Shown: piece after piece, positions 20,501 to 31,168 of the stretch | How positions within the stretch are numbered: the stretch's first letter is position 1 | How the letters are laid out: every line of letters starts with the position of its first letter | NCBI GenBank assembly: GCA_963674705.1 | Contig: OY771506.1 | Location: forward strand, 4,160,001-4,224,000 | Source: Phycisphaeraceae bacterium | GTDB taxonomy: Bacteria; Planctomycetota; Phycisphaerae; Phycisphaerales; Phycisphaeraceae | Reading direction: 5' to 3' | Length of the DNA stretch: 64,000 bases | Program-made: the position numbers and the translations under genes | Notes under the pieces: model-generated | Seen by the model: the letters and a program-made list of their open reading frames with translations, nothing else | Databases searched by the model: none | What the model was told of the DNA's origin: nothing

Positions 20501-22177
20501 TCATCGATTACAACCGCGACGTCTGAATATCACACTAACGCTGCCGATAGCCAAGAGAAGACCCACTGCCGGTTCCGGTACGACCGTAGTCGGCGGTGTG
20601 CCGGCATTCCAGTTCCCGAGGATGATGTCCAGATCATCAAGACCGACAAAGCCGTCGCCTGACGGATCACCCAGCAACGGATCACCCGCAGTGACGTTCT
20701 GGTTCCAGTTGCTCAAGACGATATCCAAGTCATCCAAACCGACAAAACCGTCGCCATTCAGATCACCATCCAGCCCGGGGATGCTTGCCAAAAGGATGTC
20801 CATGTCGAGCTGGTCAACGATATCGTCTCCGTTAAAGTCGCCGTCGGCCCAACCGCCTGCCGTATTCAGGTTCGCCTGCACCAACGTCTTGTCTAAGTCA
20901 TCAACCACACCATCGAGGTTAGCGTCACCAAACTCTGAATCAAGGATGTTGTAGATGAGCATGCACATGTCGCCCATGTCGATGCGTGAGTTACCCGTCA
21001 AGTCCATGACGGTGTCGCTGGCGCTGAGATTGATTTCGGGTTCCCAGTTGTTCGCACCGACGGTAAGGAAGTCAAGCGGCAGGCCGTCCAGTGTCACACC
21101 TGTCGTGGGGTCCAATCCCTGGCTCGAAAGTTCAGCGATGCGATCAAACAACAGGTCGATATCGGTTGCATCCGTGCTGTTGTTATCGCTGAAGTCGCCC
21201 GGCTTACGGAGGTTCAGGTACATGATGCCGTCGTTGGGGTGGATACTGGTGAACCCAAAACGGACCGTTCCGCCGGCACCATCGTCGGGGATAAGGTCAT
21301 CCTTCTGGTTGCCATTTGCGTTGGTGACGTAATCACCGGCCGAAGGTGTCTGATCAACCATATCAGGAGCATATCCGGAAAAACGCGCACTACCCGTAAG
21401 CGCGATGAAGTAATCACCGGCGGGCAGGATGGGGTACTGATCCCAGTCAGCATCAGGATCATAGTCCGGATGAGACGGGTCCCAGAGCGGATTTTCTGCC
21501 GGATTGTTCAAGAACGCTATCTGACTTGTTCCACGTTGGTTACTCAGCCAGATATCACGGCTGAAAACAAAGCCGGCCGGATCCAATGTTACATTTCCGT
21601 CTACATCGATATCTGTGATCAAACCTAAGCCGCTCTGCGTAAAACCGCGTGCAACCGGTTTGAGTGGCTCGTAAGGGGAATTATTGACACGATTACCCAA
21701 AGCAGGCAATGTCGCATCGAGCCCGTTGGTTACGGGTTCCACGTTGCTTGGTTCATATTCGGTTTGCGCTCGGACGCTGCTCTGTTTCAATACCAGATTG
21801 CCATCGGAGTCAAAGATGGCCAGCTCGGTGCTCGGTGTCCCGGTCCATCCGCCGAAACCAAACGCCGCGGTTGAGCCGAAGGTATCGATGATGATGTCGG
21901 AGACACCGTCTGAAGTAAACTTAAACCACGCGAGTGAAGCATCGGCGCCGTATACCGCACCGGTGTGGAATGTGGCAATGCTATCCCCCATGGTAATCTG
22001 ACCGGCATAATACTCCGTATTATCCGTATTCGATGGGAATGCATTTCCGATTCCGACACTGAGCCCGATTGTTTCCGGGGTATCGGTCCCACTAATGCCT
22101 ATCGCTACAGCATTTAGCTGTGTACTTGTCAGGGCCACTGCTAATGCAGCGATTGCCGATTGTTTACAAATAATCAT
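20501..22177 (-). CDS. PEP-CTERM protein with an expanded PPC/DVUA0089-like domain and dockerin-like repeats
   Basis: Likely start MIICKQ at 22177; WFKFT..IIDTFGS..TELAIFDSDG..LPAGDYFIAL; several GDxNxDG repeats; VPEP tail. Confidence 0.8.
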   Translation of the reverse strand: MIICKQSAIAALAVALTSTQLNAVAIGISGTDTPETIGLSVGIGNAFPSNTDNTEYYAGQITMGDSIATFHTGAVYGADASLAWFKFTSDGVSDIIIDTFGSTAAFGFGGWTGTPSTELAIFDSDGNLVLKQSSVRAQTEYEPSNVEPVTNGLDATLPALGNRVNNSPYEPLKPVARGFTQSGLGLITDIDVDGNVTLDPAGFVFSRDIWLSNQRGTSQIAFLNNPAENPLWDPSHPDYDPDADWDQYPILPAGDYFIALTGSARFSGYAPDMVDQTPSAGDYVTNANGNQKDDLIPDDGAGGTVRFGFTSIHPNDGIMYLNLRKPGDFSDNNSTDATDIDLLFDRIAELSSQGLDPTTGVTLDGLPLDFLTVGANNWEPEINLSASDTVMDLTGNSRIDMGDMCMLIYNILDSEFGDANLDGVVDDLDKTLVQANLNTAGGWADGDFNGDDIVDQLDMDILLASIPGLDGDLNGDGFVGLDDLDIVLSNWNQNVTAGDPLLGDPSGDGFVGLDDLDIILGNWNAGTPPTTVVPEPAVGLLLAIGSVSVIFRRRGCNR

Positions 22178-22782
22178 CTCATCCCTTTCCCAATTGCTCC
22201 CAAGCCATAGGAGCATCACTGATCAGTCGTATTCGAGGAATCCCGGAACATAAATTCTTCTTAATGATAATTATCTCTCCCTCGTACCTGAACATGTATT
22301 TATAGACCGACAGGATGCGATCTGATTATAGGGATAATTGATTGACATACAATAGCTTTGGGAATCCGAGAGCAAATATTATCACGGCCTGAGTTGTTAA
22401 CTGGCAGTCTAGTGAGATGGGAATATCAACTGCACCATTTTCATGAGAACCAGCTTTCAATAGGACCGGAGGCCGAATGATCAGACCGTTTAATCTCATC
22501 ATCAAGTCGTGATACTGATAACCTTTACATCTCTTGTGATTCGTCACATTTTCCTTGTGGTCGTAAGACGATCAACATATGATAGGTTTTAGGACAATGG
22601 CTTGTATCTGTTCATCAACCTAGCAAATGTTACGGCCGTATCAGATCATTACATCATGTAAGCTACGATCTGTTAGTATGTTGGCTGTCTAATCGGACTT
22701 GTTTTTGTACTCGGGGATTATTTTGATCCGGATTCTGTTTAACAACTTTCTCAGAATATAAAGATCAGTTAGGGCGTATTAC

Positions 22783-23667
22783 ATGACCGGAAGCAATCAA
22801 TCCTGCTCAAATAAACCGCATTCACTCCCAGGCTTCACGCTGATCGAACTGCTTGTTGTGATTTCAATCATAGCGCTTTTGGTTGGCATCCTTTTACCCG
22901 CGCTAGGAGCGGCACGAAGGTCAGCCCGTGCGGCCGTTTGCATGAGTAATGTCAGGCAAATGAGCACGGCTCAGACCGCGTACGCAAATGCGAACAAGGA
23001 AATGCTGCCTGCAGGTAACCGCCGGGAAAACCCGCTGAGACAGATTACGTGGCAGGCAGCGACATATCAGTTCCTCACAGGGAACAAACTCGACGATACC
23101 TATCTAAGACCGACGGTTGACGACGACTTCCTTGTCGGCACAGCTTTTGAGTGCCCGCAAGCATCGCTGGATGAGGTCTCACCCGATGTTTATCAACTTA
23201 GCTACACGATGAATATCAATTTACTAGGCGACCCATACGTATCGAATATCATCGGTGCAGGCAATTCATCCAAACTGAACAATGAAAATAAGTACCTGGA
23301 ACAGATTTATTCACCTTCAGAAACCCTTCTCATAGCTGATGGCGACACACCCATCGTTACATGGGACACCGCCGGTGATAAAGACCAGGTTTCCGCATTC
23401 GGCCAGGGGGATCCTTTTGACTCCGTCACACAGCACAGCACGATGCGTCACGGATCGAATTTGTGTATCGGGCGTGCAGATCTGAGTGTGTCCAGACCGG
23501 AATGGCTTAACGACGATGTAGAAATACCTATCCCAACCCAGGTTATCACTCTTCGTCGAGGCCCAACCGTCTTACCGAGTGACTTCTCAAAGACCATCAA
23601 ACTATTCTGGTATGGTCGTCTCAATGATATTTCCGATGATGCGCCGCGATCCAAGATTCAGTACTGA
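22783..23667 (+). CDS. Prepilin-type N-terminal cleavage/methylation protein (DUF1559-like)
   Basis: [42 protein letters not shown]-x9-D variant. Confidence 0.9.
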   Translation: MTGSNQSCSNKPHSLPGFTLIELLVVISIIALLVGILLPALGAARRSARAAVCMSNVRQMSTAQTAYANANKEMLPAGNRRENPLRQITWQAATYQFLTGNKLDDTYLRPTVDDDFLVGTAFECPQASLDEVSPDVYQLSYTMNINLLGDPYVSNIIGAGNSSKLNNENKYLEQIYSPSETLLIADGDTPIVTWDTAGDKDQVSAFGQGDPFDSVTQHSTMRHGSNLCIGRADLSVSRPEWLNDDVEIPIPTQVITLRRGPTVLPSDFSKTIKLFWYGRLNDISDDAPRSKIQY

Positions 23668-23749
23668 ATGGTCACGCTAGCGTATGAGCAGACATATAAT
23701 CGGCTAATCGGCGAGGTCTAGCCGGCGTATTGTTCAATGGGAGTCAACT

Positions 23750-25087
23750 ATGTTTAGAAAATCGGTCAGGTTTCCTTTGGCGTGTTGCATGGGATTATTT
23801 TGCTGCTGGCTTAATTCGGTCCAAGCAGAGTCACCAGTTACTCCAGAAACAACAATCATAGATGCTGCGATCTCGGTCTACCAAACCCAATTCCAGGAGG
23901 CACGCCAGAGCGGGCAGTGGCCATCGGCCGAGCAGCGTGGAGAGATGGTAGACCAGGCGTTAACAGGCATCGACCCGGCAACACTTAGCCTCGATGAACT
24001 GGACGCACTGACCGCGTCTGTGCCGATTGTCTATGGCTCACAGGCAGATGCTTATGATGCACAACTAACAAATTTCGCTGAACAGCAGACCACAGAAGGC
24101 GCCCGGGCCGCGGCGCTGCGATTCAGGCTTATGGGCCGTGACACTATTCAGGAAGATCGTGCTGAAGCTGTTCGTGACTTGTTCAGCCATCCCGGATTGG
24201 CTGAGGCTTGGCAGCAGGGCCAGGCTATGGATGTATTCAATTCGTTCTACTTCCTGGATAAAGATGCGCTCAAGTCATTGCACGTGGACTTTGTCTCGCT
24301 AGAGCCGATCGTGGACGCGAAGATGCCCGTGGCGTTTTTCAACCGAATGGCGGGGGCTTTTTTTGCCATGGCCAATATCGATGACACCGAATCCTCGCAG
24401 GCACGTGAGTCATTGCGTCTTGCGTTAGTCAGTGCGATCGATGAGAAGCTGAAAGACGAAACGCTGGATGAAGAGCAAACCAAGCAACTCACCGATGCTC
24501 GCGGTCGGCTGGACGGGGCCTACGCTAAAGGTGAATTGCTCGATCATACCGCACCGGAATTGCACTTCAGTTGGTGGTCCAACCCCAGTGATGCGGATGA
24601 AAGCTTCAGCAAGCTTTCCGATCTGAAAGGCAAGGTTGTGGTGCTTGACTTCTGGGCGACCTGGTGCGGGCCTTGCGTGGGCAGCTTCCCGAATGTGAAG
24701 GAATTACAGAAACACTACGAGGGCTACGATGTCATGATCGTTGGCGTGACCAGCCTGCAGGGGGCTCATTACCCGGGCGATGGACGGGACAAGATTGATA
24801 CATCCAATGAACCGGAAAAAGAGATGGCTCTCATGAAGGAGTTCATGGAGTCAAAAGGTGTGACGTGGCGGGTCGCGTTTGCTGAAGAACCCGTTTTCAA
24901 TCCCGACTACGGCGTCAACGGTATCCCCCATGTTGTCATCCTGGACACGAAGGGTGTCGTCCGTTTCCGCGGCCTCCACCCGGCAATGCCGGAGGCGCAG
25001 AAAACCAGCAAGATCGATCTACTGCTGACCGAGGCCGGTAAACCCGTTCCAACCTCTGAAGAAAAATCCGAAGAAGGAACAAATTAA
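23750..25087 (+). CDS. Secreted TlpA-family disulfide reductase with a long helical N-terminal region
   Basis: Signal peptide; LKGKVVVLDFWATWCGPC; GIPHVV. Confidence 0.88.
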   Translation: MFRKSVRFPLACCMGLFCCWLNSVQAESPVTPETTIIDAAISVYQTQFQEARQSGQWPSAEQRGEMVDQALTGIDPATLSLDELDALTASVPIVYGSQADAYDAQLTNFAEQQTTEGARAAALRFRLMGRDTIQEDRAEAVRDLFSHPGLAEAWQQGQAMDVFNSFYFLDKDALKSLHVDFVSLEPIVDAKMPVAFFNRMAGAFFAMANIDDTESSQARESLRLALVSAIDEKLKDETLDEEQTKQLTDARGRLDGAYAKGELLDHTAPELHFSWWSNPSDADESFSKLSDLKGKVVVLDFWATWCGPCVGSFPNVKELQKHYEGYDVMIVGVTSLQGAHYPGDGRDKIDTSNEPEKEMALMKEFMESKGVTWRVAFAEEPVFNPDYGVNGIPHVVILDTKGVVRFRGLHPAMPEAQKTSKIDLLLTEAGKPVPTSEEKSEEGTN

Positions 25088-25139
25088 GTCTTACCGATAC
25101 AAGTTGGTGTGCAGCAGTTCAGCGCTAACTGATGTTAAC

Positions 25140-25176
25140 AAAAAAAACGCCCCAGCAAATGCGGGACGTTTTTTTT
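25140..25176. terminator. Bidirectional intrinsic terminator
   Basis: A-run, imperfect GC stem and T-run between convergent genes. Confidence 0.75.
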
Positions 25177-25221
25177 ATTGGTTAAGAGGCTATGTTGACC
25201 GGCCGCCAAAGCGAGGTGACC

Positions 25222-26499
25222 TCAAGCGCTACGCCGCAGTAGCGCCAGCCCACCCAGCAGTGTGAGAGCTAATGTCGCCGGCTCCGGGATCGCAATGGTA
25301 GGGGGTGTGCCGGCATTCCAATTGTTCAGAATCGTGTCCAGGTCGTCCAGGCCCACGAAGCCATCGCCGGAAGGATCGCCTTGCAGCAGATCACCCGCGG
25401 TCACATTCTGATTCCAGTTATTCAGGACGATATCAAGGTCATCCAGGCCGACAAACCCATCACCGTTAAGATCGCCTTCGATGGCAAGAGCGTAGTGAGT
25501 GACATTGAGCTGGATGTCGCCCCAGGCGTTGGGGTAAAAATCGCTGGGTTGACCCATATAGATTTCAAAAGGCCCCATCGGTTCGTCGATGATGGGAACA
25601 TTTTCGATGAACACGGGATTGAATGGATTGGTACGATCCCAACCATCGTGGATGGGTGTCATGAGAAATTCTTCTTTGTATGTATCACCGGAAAAACTCG
25701 GTGGCGAGCCGGTTACGACCACGTAATACTCACCGGCGGGCAGGATGTTGTAACGGTTCCAGCTGGATCCCGGCCCTGTTGAATATCGATCCGACGCCCG
25801 GAAGAACGGTCCACCATCCAGAACAATCTGCAACGAATCACGCCAGACCTCGTACTCATTCCGCCCGTCGCTATACGTTTGATAGGCGCAATCCGAGCAT
25901 CCGGGAATACGCAAGCCTTCATAGTCATCAGGTGACAGCGGATCAGAGATTGCTCCCGGACTTGTATCCCAATGAGGATTACCCGGCGCGTTCTGCATGA
26001 ATATCAATTCTGAAAGCTCAACAGCACTCGCCCGCAAGTGGTAATTCGGGTCTTCCGGATTATCCACAGCGGAAGGGAATTCGGGGACCAGATCACCATT
26101 CAAATCCCTGACACCACCGGTTCGAGCAACCAGATTTCCAGACGCATCGTACACAGCGATCTGCGTTGCATTCCCGGCCGTCAACCAACTGCCGGGGGAT
26201 CGATCGGGGTCGGGGCCTTCGCTGGAAATATTTGTACCGTAGGTATCGAACGTCACCGCGCTGTTGCCATCTGCGATGTATTTGAACCAATGGATCGCCG
26301 GCTGTGCGTTATCGAATTCATCCTTGCTATGCAGCCCGCTCCATGTCTGCGTGCTATTCAAATCGACACCAAATGTCGCATTGACCGGATCGGTCAACGG
26401 ATCGAAGGTTAGTACTTCGCCAAAGTAGACGGCCTGCGCCTGTGAGACACTCAACGCGATTGAAGCACAAATCGAAATACACAATGGTAAAGATCGCAA
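25222..26499 (-). CDS. PEP-CTERM protein, paralog of 20501..22177, with dockerin-like module
   Basis: TTG start with AGGAGG SD; WFKYI..TFDTYGT..TQIAVYDASG..LPAGEYYVVV; dockerin-like repeat; IPEP tail. Confidence 0.82.
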   Translation of the reverse strand: MRSLPLCISICASIALSVSQAQAVYFGEVLTFDPLTDPVNATFGVDLNSTQTWSGLHSKDEFDNAQPAIHWFKYIADGNSAVTFDTYGTNISSEGPDPDRSPGSWLTAGNATQIAVYDASGNLVARTGGVRDLNGDLVPEFPSAVDNPEDPNYHLRASAVELSELIFMQNAPGNPHWDTSPGAISDPLSPDDYEGLRIPGCSDCAYQTYSDGRNEYEVWRDSLQIVLDGGPFFRASDRYSTGPGSSWNRYNILPAGEYYVVVTGSPPSFSGDTYKEEFLMTPIHDGWDRTNPFNPVFIENVPIIDEPMGPFEIYMGQPSDFYPNAWGDIQLNVTHYALAIEGDLNGDGFVGLDDLDIVLNNWNQNVTAGDLLQGDPSGDGFVGLDDLDTILNNWNAGTPPTIAIPEPATLALTLLGGLALLRRSA

Positions 26500-26920
26500 C
26501 AGAGCCTCCTATCCTGGTCACTTGTTTCAGGTATGCTCGGTTCAGCCCAGCAAACAACATGACAACATGGGTCGATGGCACCTTCAACAATAAACAAGCA
26601 TGTCATGGATGAACACAAGCCAAACACTACTGAGAACGCATAATCACTACGGGTTCTCTTGCGATCTTATCATACTTATGAGCCGGCTTCCGCGCCAAGA
26701 CTAATCTGTCATCTTTAGAGGATAAAGTACGTACTGAGAAAGTCTTTGCATTAACAGCACCCGATATGTTCACGACAACAATGTCTTTTGTAAGTGTTTT
26801 TGCTGGAAGTATTGTATACGCTGGTTTATCTCGTATGATTGGCTCTATAATCTAGAATCTAGCTCATGCTTGTGTTACCAAGTCATGACTTCCTGAGCGG
26901 CGAATTAACTGAGACTTTTC

Positions 26921-27787
26921 ATGCCAACACCACTTGATAAGCACCGCGAAGCACAGAAGGCATTCACACTTATCGAACTGCTTGTGGTGATCTCTATCAT
27001 TGCATTGCTGGTCGGTATCTTATTGCCCGCTCTTGGCGCCGCGCGAAGATCTGCACGCAACGCGGTCTGTTTATCCAACATCAGGCAGATCGCAGTCGGT
27101 CACATCAGCTACGCACGAGATAACAACAGCTTTCTCCCGGCCGCGTATTCAGCGAACAATCCGTCCTTATCAAACAAGCGGGTACATTGGCAACTGAGTA
27201 TCTGGTCGTATATCAATGGTGATACTGTCAAAATCAATGATCTTGACGATGAATACAGTTACCTGACCGGAACGGTTTTCGAATGTCCATCGGCTGAAGA
27301 CGGGCGTAGCGGGTACAACGATGGAGATCATCTCATGAACGGCTACGGCTTGAATATCAGCCTGGAGGGCGACAAGGGGGTTGGCAATGCCGCAGCAAAA
27401 ACCGGATTATTCGCAACAACAACCGAACGGCAAAAGATCTATCAGCGGGAAGACCTGATTGTTAATCAATCTTCAACGATGATGATGTCAGACAATGAAA
27501 CATACTACGTTGAATATTGGCATCGTGGATCCAAGCCGAATCAGATCGGGATCCTGGGCGGACCGGCTATGCAAGGCGCTTTAGAACGCCACGGTCCTGA
27601 GACATGGAATATCGTGATGTTCGACGGCAGCGCCAGTGCAGTTAATTTTTACGATGTGCCCGGCGTGACTAACGATGCGCTATATAACGCCGGCGCCGCG
27701 CTGTCACCCGGCGTACTGATCAGCGGGCCCGATGATGTCGTACCCAGAAAGACTAAAATATTCTGGGTGGGACGCGAATCGCGCTAA
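26921..27787 (+). CDS. Prepilin-type N-terminal cleavage/methylation protein (DUF1559-like)
   Basis: [43 protein letters not shown]...NIVMFDG. Confidence 0.9.
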   Translation: MPTPLDKHREAQKAFTLIELLVVISIIALLVGILLPALGAARRSARNAVCLSNIRQIAVGHISYARDNNSFLPAAYSANNPSLSNKRVHWQLSIWSYINGDTVKINDLDDEYSYLTGTVFECPSAEDGRSGYNDGDHLMNGYGLNISLEGDKGVGNAAAKTGLFATTTERQKIYQREDLIVNQSSTMMMSDNETYYVEYWHRGSKPNQIGILGGPAMQGALERHGPETWNIVMFDGSASAVNFYDVPGVTNDALYNAGAALSPGVLISGPDDVVPRKTKIFWVGRESR

Positions 27788-28338
27788 ACAGCAGTTCTAT
27801 GGAAGTCATCTTCCAAGTCACGCGAATATTCCGCTCCAATTGACCCCAATAAGACCAAATCTATATCCCGCGGTTGCATACATCGCAGAACATTGACAAT
27901 TGGCAACCTGTCTGCACGCATTCAATATGCGTTTGCTGCAGCCACCACTTTTTAGCATGCCCGACTGAGTAACTGCACCTCCACCCCAATTTACGGCACA
28001 AAAGAATCAATTGAATCCGGGCTGGCCTGATCCATATCTTTGTCACATTTCGACGACCAAGAGTATATTTGCCGACAGAAAACACAGTGCAAAACCGTAG
28101 ACGTTACATACTTATGGCATGAATATCTACATGATTTTTACTTCAAACGGTTAAAACGACATGCTGTCGCAAGGCATCATGCGTACTTATCAATTTAAGC
28201 ATATGGTCCATAAGTCATTGTTTTGTCTATATATAATACCACAGGCCCCGTTTGTTCGACTTACCATCACTTCTTCTGCACAGATTTGAATGGGTATGTG
28301 GAAGCAATCCTAGCCATTACATACAATGAACGGCCTGT

Positions 28339-28393
28339 TTTCATGATATTACATGAAATTTTTGTTGCAATAAGCTTCAGTGTTCCGTAATAT
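28339..28393 (+). promoter_or_regulatory. Sigma70-like promoter with an upstream palindrome
   Basis: TTGCAA (28365-70), 17 bp spacer, TAATAT (28388-93); TTTCATG-N6-CATGAAA at 28339-28358. Confidence 0.5.
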
Positions 28394-28588
28394 GTAAATA
28401 ATGCGGTGCGTAGCCGCAGCTGATTTGAGCATTGGCTGGGCTTAAAAGATCGTCACTTCATGGCGAGTCAGGGCTCGGCAAAGACAAGTACAGGGGTCGA
28501 GGGTCTTTGAAGTCGACCTCAAGACCGGCTGGAGGGTCAGCCGGGAAGCCACGGAAGCACTTTGAACTTGCACTTGAGAGGTACAGCC

Positions 28589-29377
28589 ATGACCCGGCGC
28601 GCATTTACTCTGATCGAACTTCTGGTCGTCATCAGCATCATCGCCTTGCTGGTGGGTATCTTGCTACCCGCACTTGGGGCGGCGAGGACATCGGCCAAGA
28701 TCACAACCTGCCTGGCCAACGAAAAGCAGATGGCGACATCGTCTATCGCATTTGCCACGGACGACAGGAAAGGGCGTTTTATCCCGGCACGTATCTATGG
28801 CACGGTCTTTGTCCAAGTTTCCGTGAACTATGAAGACGACCCATCTAATCCTGAAATCCCAGGCGTTGAAACATTCGAGAATTATGGCTTTGCGAGAGAG
28901 CTATTCAAAGACCCGGGCCGGGAGTTCATCCCCAATGAGAGCAGAATGTTCGGCCACGAGCTCTTCCATTCTTACCAGTATTTTGGTGGCATCACAAGAT
29001 GGACAGGCTTGCAAGGCAATATGACCGAAATATCAACCGAACCAAGTCCCAGCCCAGTCTATCTGGACCAGATGCATCCCGGGATGGTGATGGTCGCTGA
29101 TTGTGTCGCCAAGCGATCTGGAGATGCGTGGGGCTCTTACGAGTACGATCCTAATGGCATCGACCGGTGGCTTGAAGATACGCCGCCACACAAAACTCAA
29201 AGCGACGGCAAGCCGGCCGGCGGCAATCAGGTATTCGCCGATGGCTCCGGACGCTGGATCCCCTTTGAAGACATGATCCAAGGCACCCGCTGGGATGGCC
29301 GCACAATGCTCTACTACTACCAGGAAGACCTTCACGGTTTTATCCCGAAGAACAACGCTCCACCGCCGCCTCGTTGA
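28589..29377 (+). CDS. Prepilin-type N-terminal cleavage/methylation protein (DUF1559-like)
   Basis: GAGAGG SD then [43 protein letters not shown]. Confidence 0.88.
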   Translation: MTRRAFTLIELLVVISIIALLVGILLPALGAARTSAKITTCLANEKQMATSSIAFATDDRKGRFIPARIYGTVFVQVSVNYEDDPSNPEIPGVETFENYGFARELFKDPGREFIPNESRMFGHELFHSYQYFGGITRWTGLQGNMTEISTEPSPSPVYLDQMHPGMVMVADCVAKRSGDAWGSYEYDPNGIDRWLEDTPPHKTQSDGKPAGGNQVFADGSGRWIPFEDMIQGTRWDGRTMLYYYQEDLHGFIPKNNAPPPPR

Positions 29378-29421
29378 TACCAACGATCAAGAACCGACTT
29401 GATATAAAGTGAATTCGACCA

Positions 29422-29457
29422 CCGGCGGCCAGATAGATCTGGCCGCCGGATTTGTTT
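29422..29457 (+). terminator. Intrinsic terminator
   Basis: CCGGCGGCCAGAT-ag-ATCTGGCCGCCGG followed by ATTTGTTT. Confidence 0.75.
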
Positions 29458-29503
29458 CTACGTTCACACATACTCCGACCGTTTCTAACGATTGGCTGGC
29501 CAC

Positions 29504-30548
29504 TAGAGCATCTTCCACGCCTCTGTAGCGCCCTTGTACACAAGTGATTATGCTGTGCCTTCAAGCAAGGAGGCTTTGATGAAGGCATACTCGATGGACT
29601 TGCGCAAGCGGGTGTTGGCGGCGTGTGATGCCGGGCACGGCACGCGTGAGGTGGCCAAGCGGTTCTCGGTCAGCGCCTCGTGGGTGCGTCGGCTCAAGCA
29701 ACGGCGTCGTGAAGGCGAGGGGATCGCGCCGCGGCCTCAGGGCGGCGACTACGTCAGCCGGTTCGCCGGCAAAGACCTGCAGCGAGTACGTGCGATGCTC
29801 AAGCAGAAGCCGGACACGACGCTGGACGCGTTGCGTGTGCGTTGCGAGCGTGAGCTGGGCATCCGTTGCGGGCTGGGCACGATGTGGCGGACGGTGCGTT
29901 GGAAGCTGGGGTGGACGTTTAAAAAAAGTCATTACGGCCCAGCGAGCAGGACCGCGCGGATGTGAAGCGTCAGCGTGTGAACTTCCGCATCGCCACGCGG
30001 TTCATCGAGCCTAAGCAGCTTGTGTTCCTGGATGAATCGGGCGCGAGGACGAACATGACCCGCCTGCGGGGCTGGGCCGGACGCGGTTGCCGGCTGGACG
30101 CCGCGGCGCCGCACAGCCACTGGCGTACGACGACGATGCTCAGCGCGATCGGTTGTGAGGGTGTGATCCAACGGGCGACGCTGGCCTTCGACGGCGCGAC
30201 GGATGCGGCGCTGTTCCGCGGCTACGTCGAGCGTTGCCTGGCCCCGGCACTAAAGCAAGGCCAGATCGTCGTGATGGATAACCTGGCGTCGCACAAGGTA
30301 TGCGGGGTGCGTGAAGCGATCGAAGCGGTGGGCTGTGACCTGTGGTACTTACCGCCGTACTCACCGGACTTCAACCCGATCGAGAAGATGTGGAGCAAGG
30401 TCAAAGCCCTGCTGCGTGCCGCCGCCGCGCGGACCAGCGACAAACTGATTGAGGCGATCGGCCGGGCGTTACGTGCGGTATCCCTGGACGAGTGCCGCAA
30501 CTACTTCCGCAGCTGCGGGTATGCTACATGAGATTGGAAGACGCTCTA
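29504..30548 (+). mobile_element. IS630-family insertion sequence (about 1.04 kb, TA ends)
   Basis: Imperfect 26-bp terminal inverted repeats: left TAGAGCATCTTCCACGCCTCTGTAGC, reverse complement of right TAGAGCGTCTTCCAATCTCATGTAGC. Both ends carry TA. Confidence 0.93.
29579..30531 (+). CDS. IS630 transposase in two ORFs joined by a -1 frameshift (about 317 aa)
   Basis: MKAYSMDLRKRV HTH; TTTAAAAAAAG slippery run at 29918-29928; DDE motifs VFLDESG, VMDNLASHK, YSPDFNPIE. Confidence 0.92.
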
Positions 30549-31168
30549 AGATAACTCTTGACTCACCGCTAAAAGCTACCACGGCCAGCTCTGCACAAAT
30601 AAGAACTGAACGCAGACTTACCCGCACTGCCACATCGATTCGTGGCCAGTAAAGCCTGCAAGCAACCGCGTATCCGGGACTCTGGCGATGGCAGGAATAT
30701 CGCATTCTGCAATATGAAAAATCCATAATGCGACTCATGTAACAAAAACGGTATATAGATGTAAGGCCTGGGACCCCATTGCCGGGCGAGAGCAACTGAA
30801 TTGTGAGTGCGGAGAAGACGCACCGATTTGTTGCACTTTGCACGGACGCATCAATCAATTCATGTATCTGCTTTAACAACAAATATATAATGTAGAATTA
30901 CGCATTCTGGAAGCAGTCGGACGCCTGTCCGTGATCACGCCGCCACAGCGAATCAAGCCAGATGAAATGTAATGCAATGAATGGATAAGTGAACAAAAAT
31001 TACAATTTGATATTGTATTATTTTTGCCCCTTGTTACACTACGGCATATGGAGGATGAGTACTCGGTCTATATAGGAGTGCTTATTAGAAAGATCATCTT
31101 CAACAACGACATGTGTCGCAAATGTGCGGCACCACATCTCTTAACCGTGTTCACAGGAGGAGGATTAA

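Noticed and set aside
22259..22278. Fur-box-like AATGATAATTATC
   Set aside because: Only about 12/19 match in an AT-rich intergenic region, and no iron-related genes are adjacent.
28470..28555. c-di-GMP-I riboswitch (GGCAAA...AGCCGGG..GCC resemblance)
   Set aside because: The GNRA-capped P2 stem and the ACGCAAAG junction are absent; kept only as an unknown structured leader.
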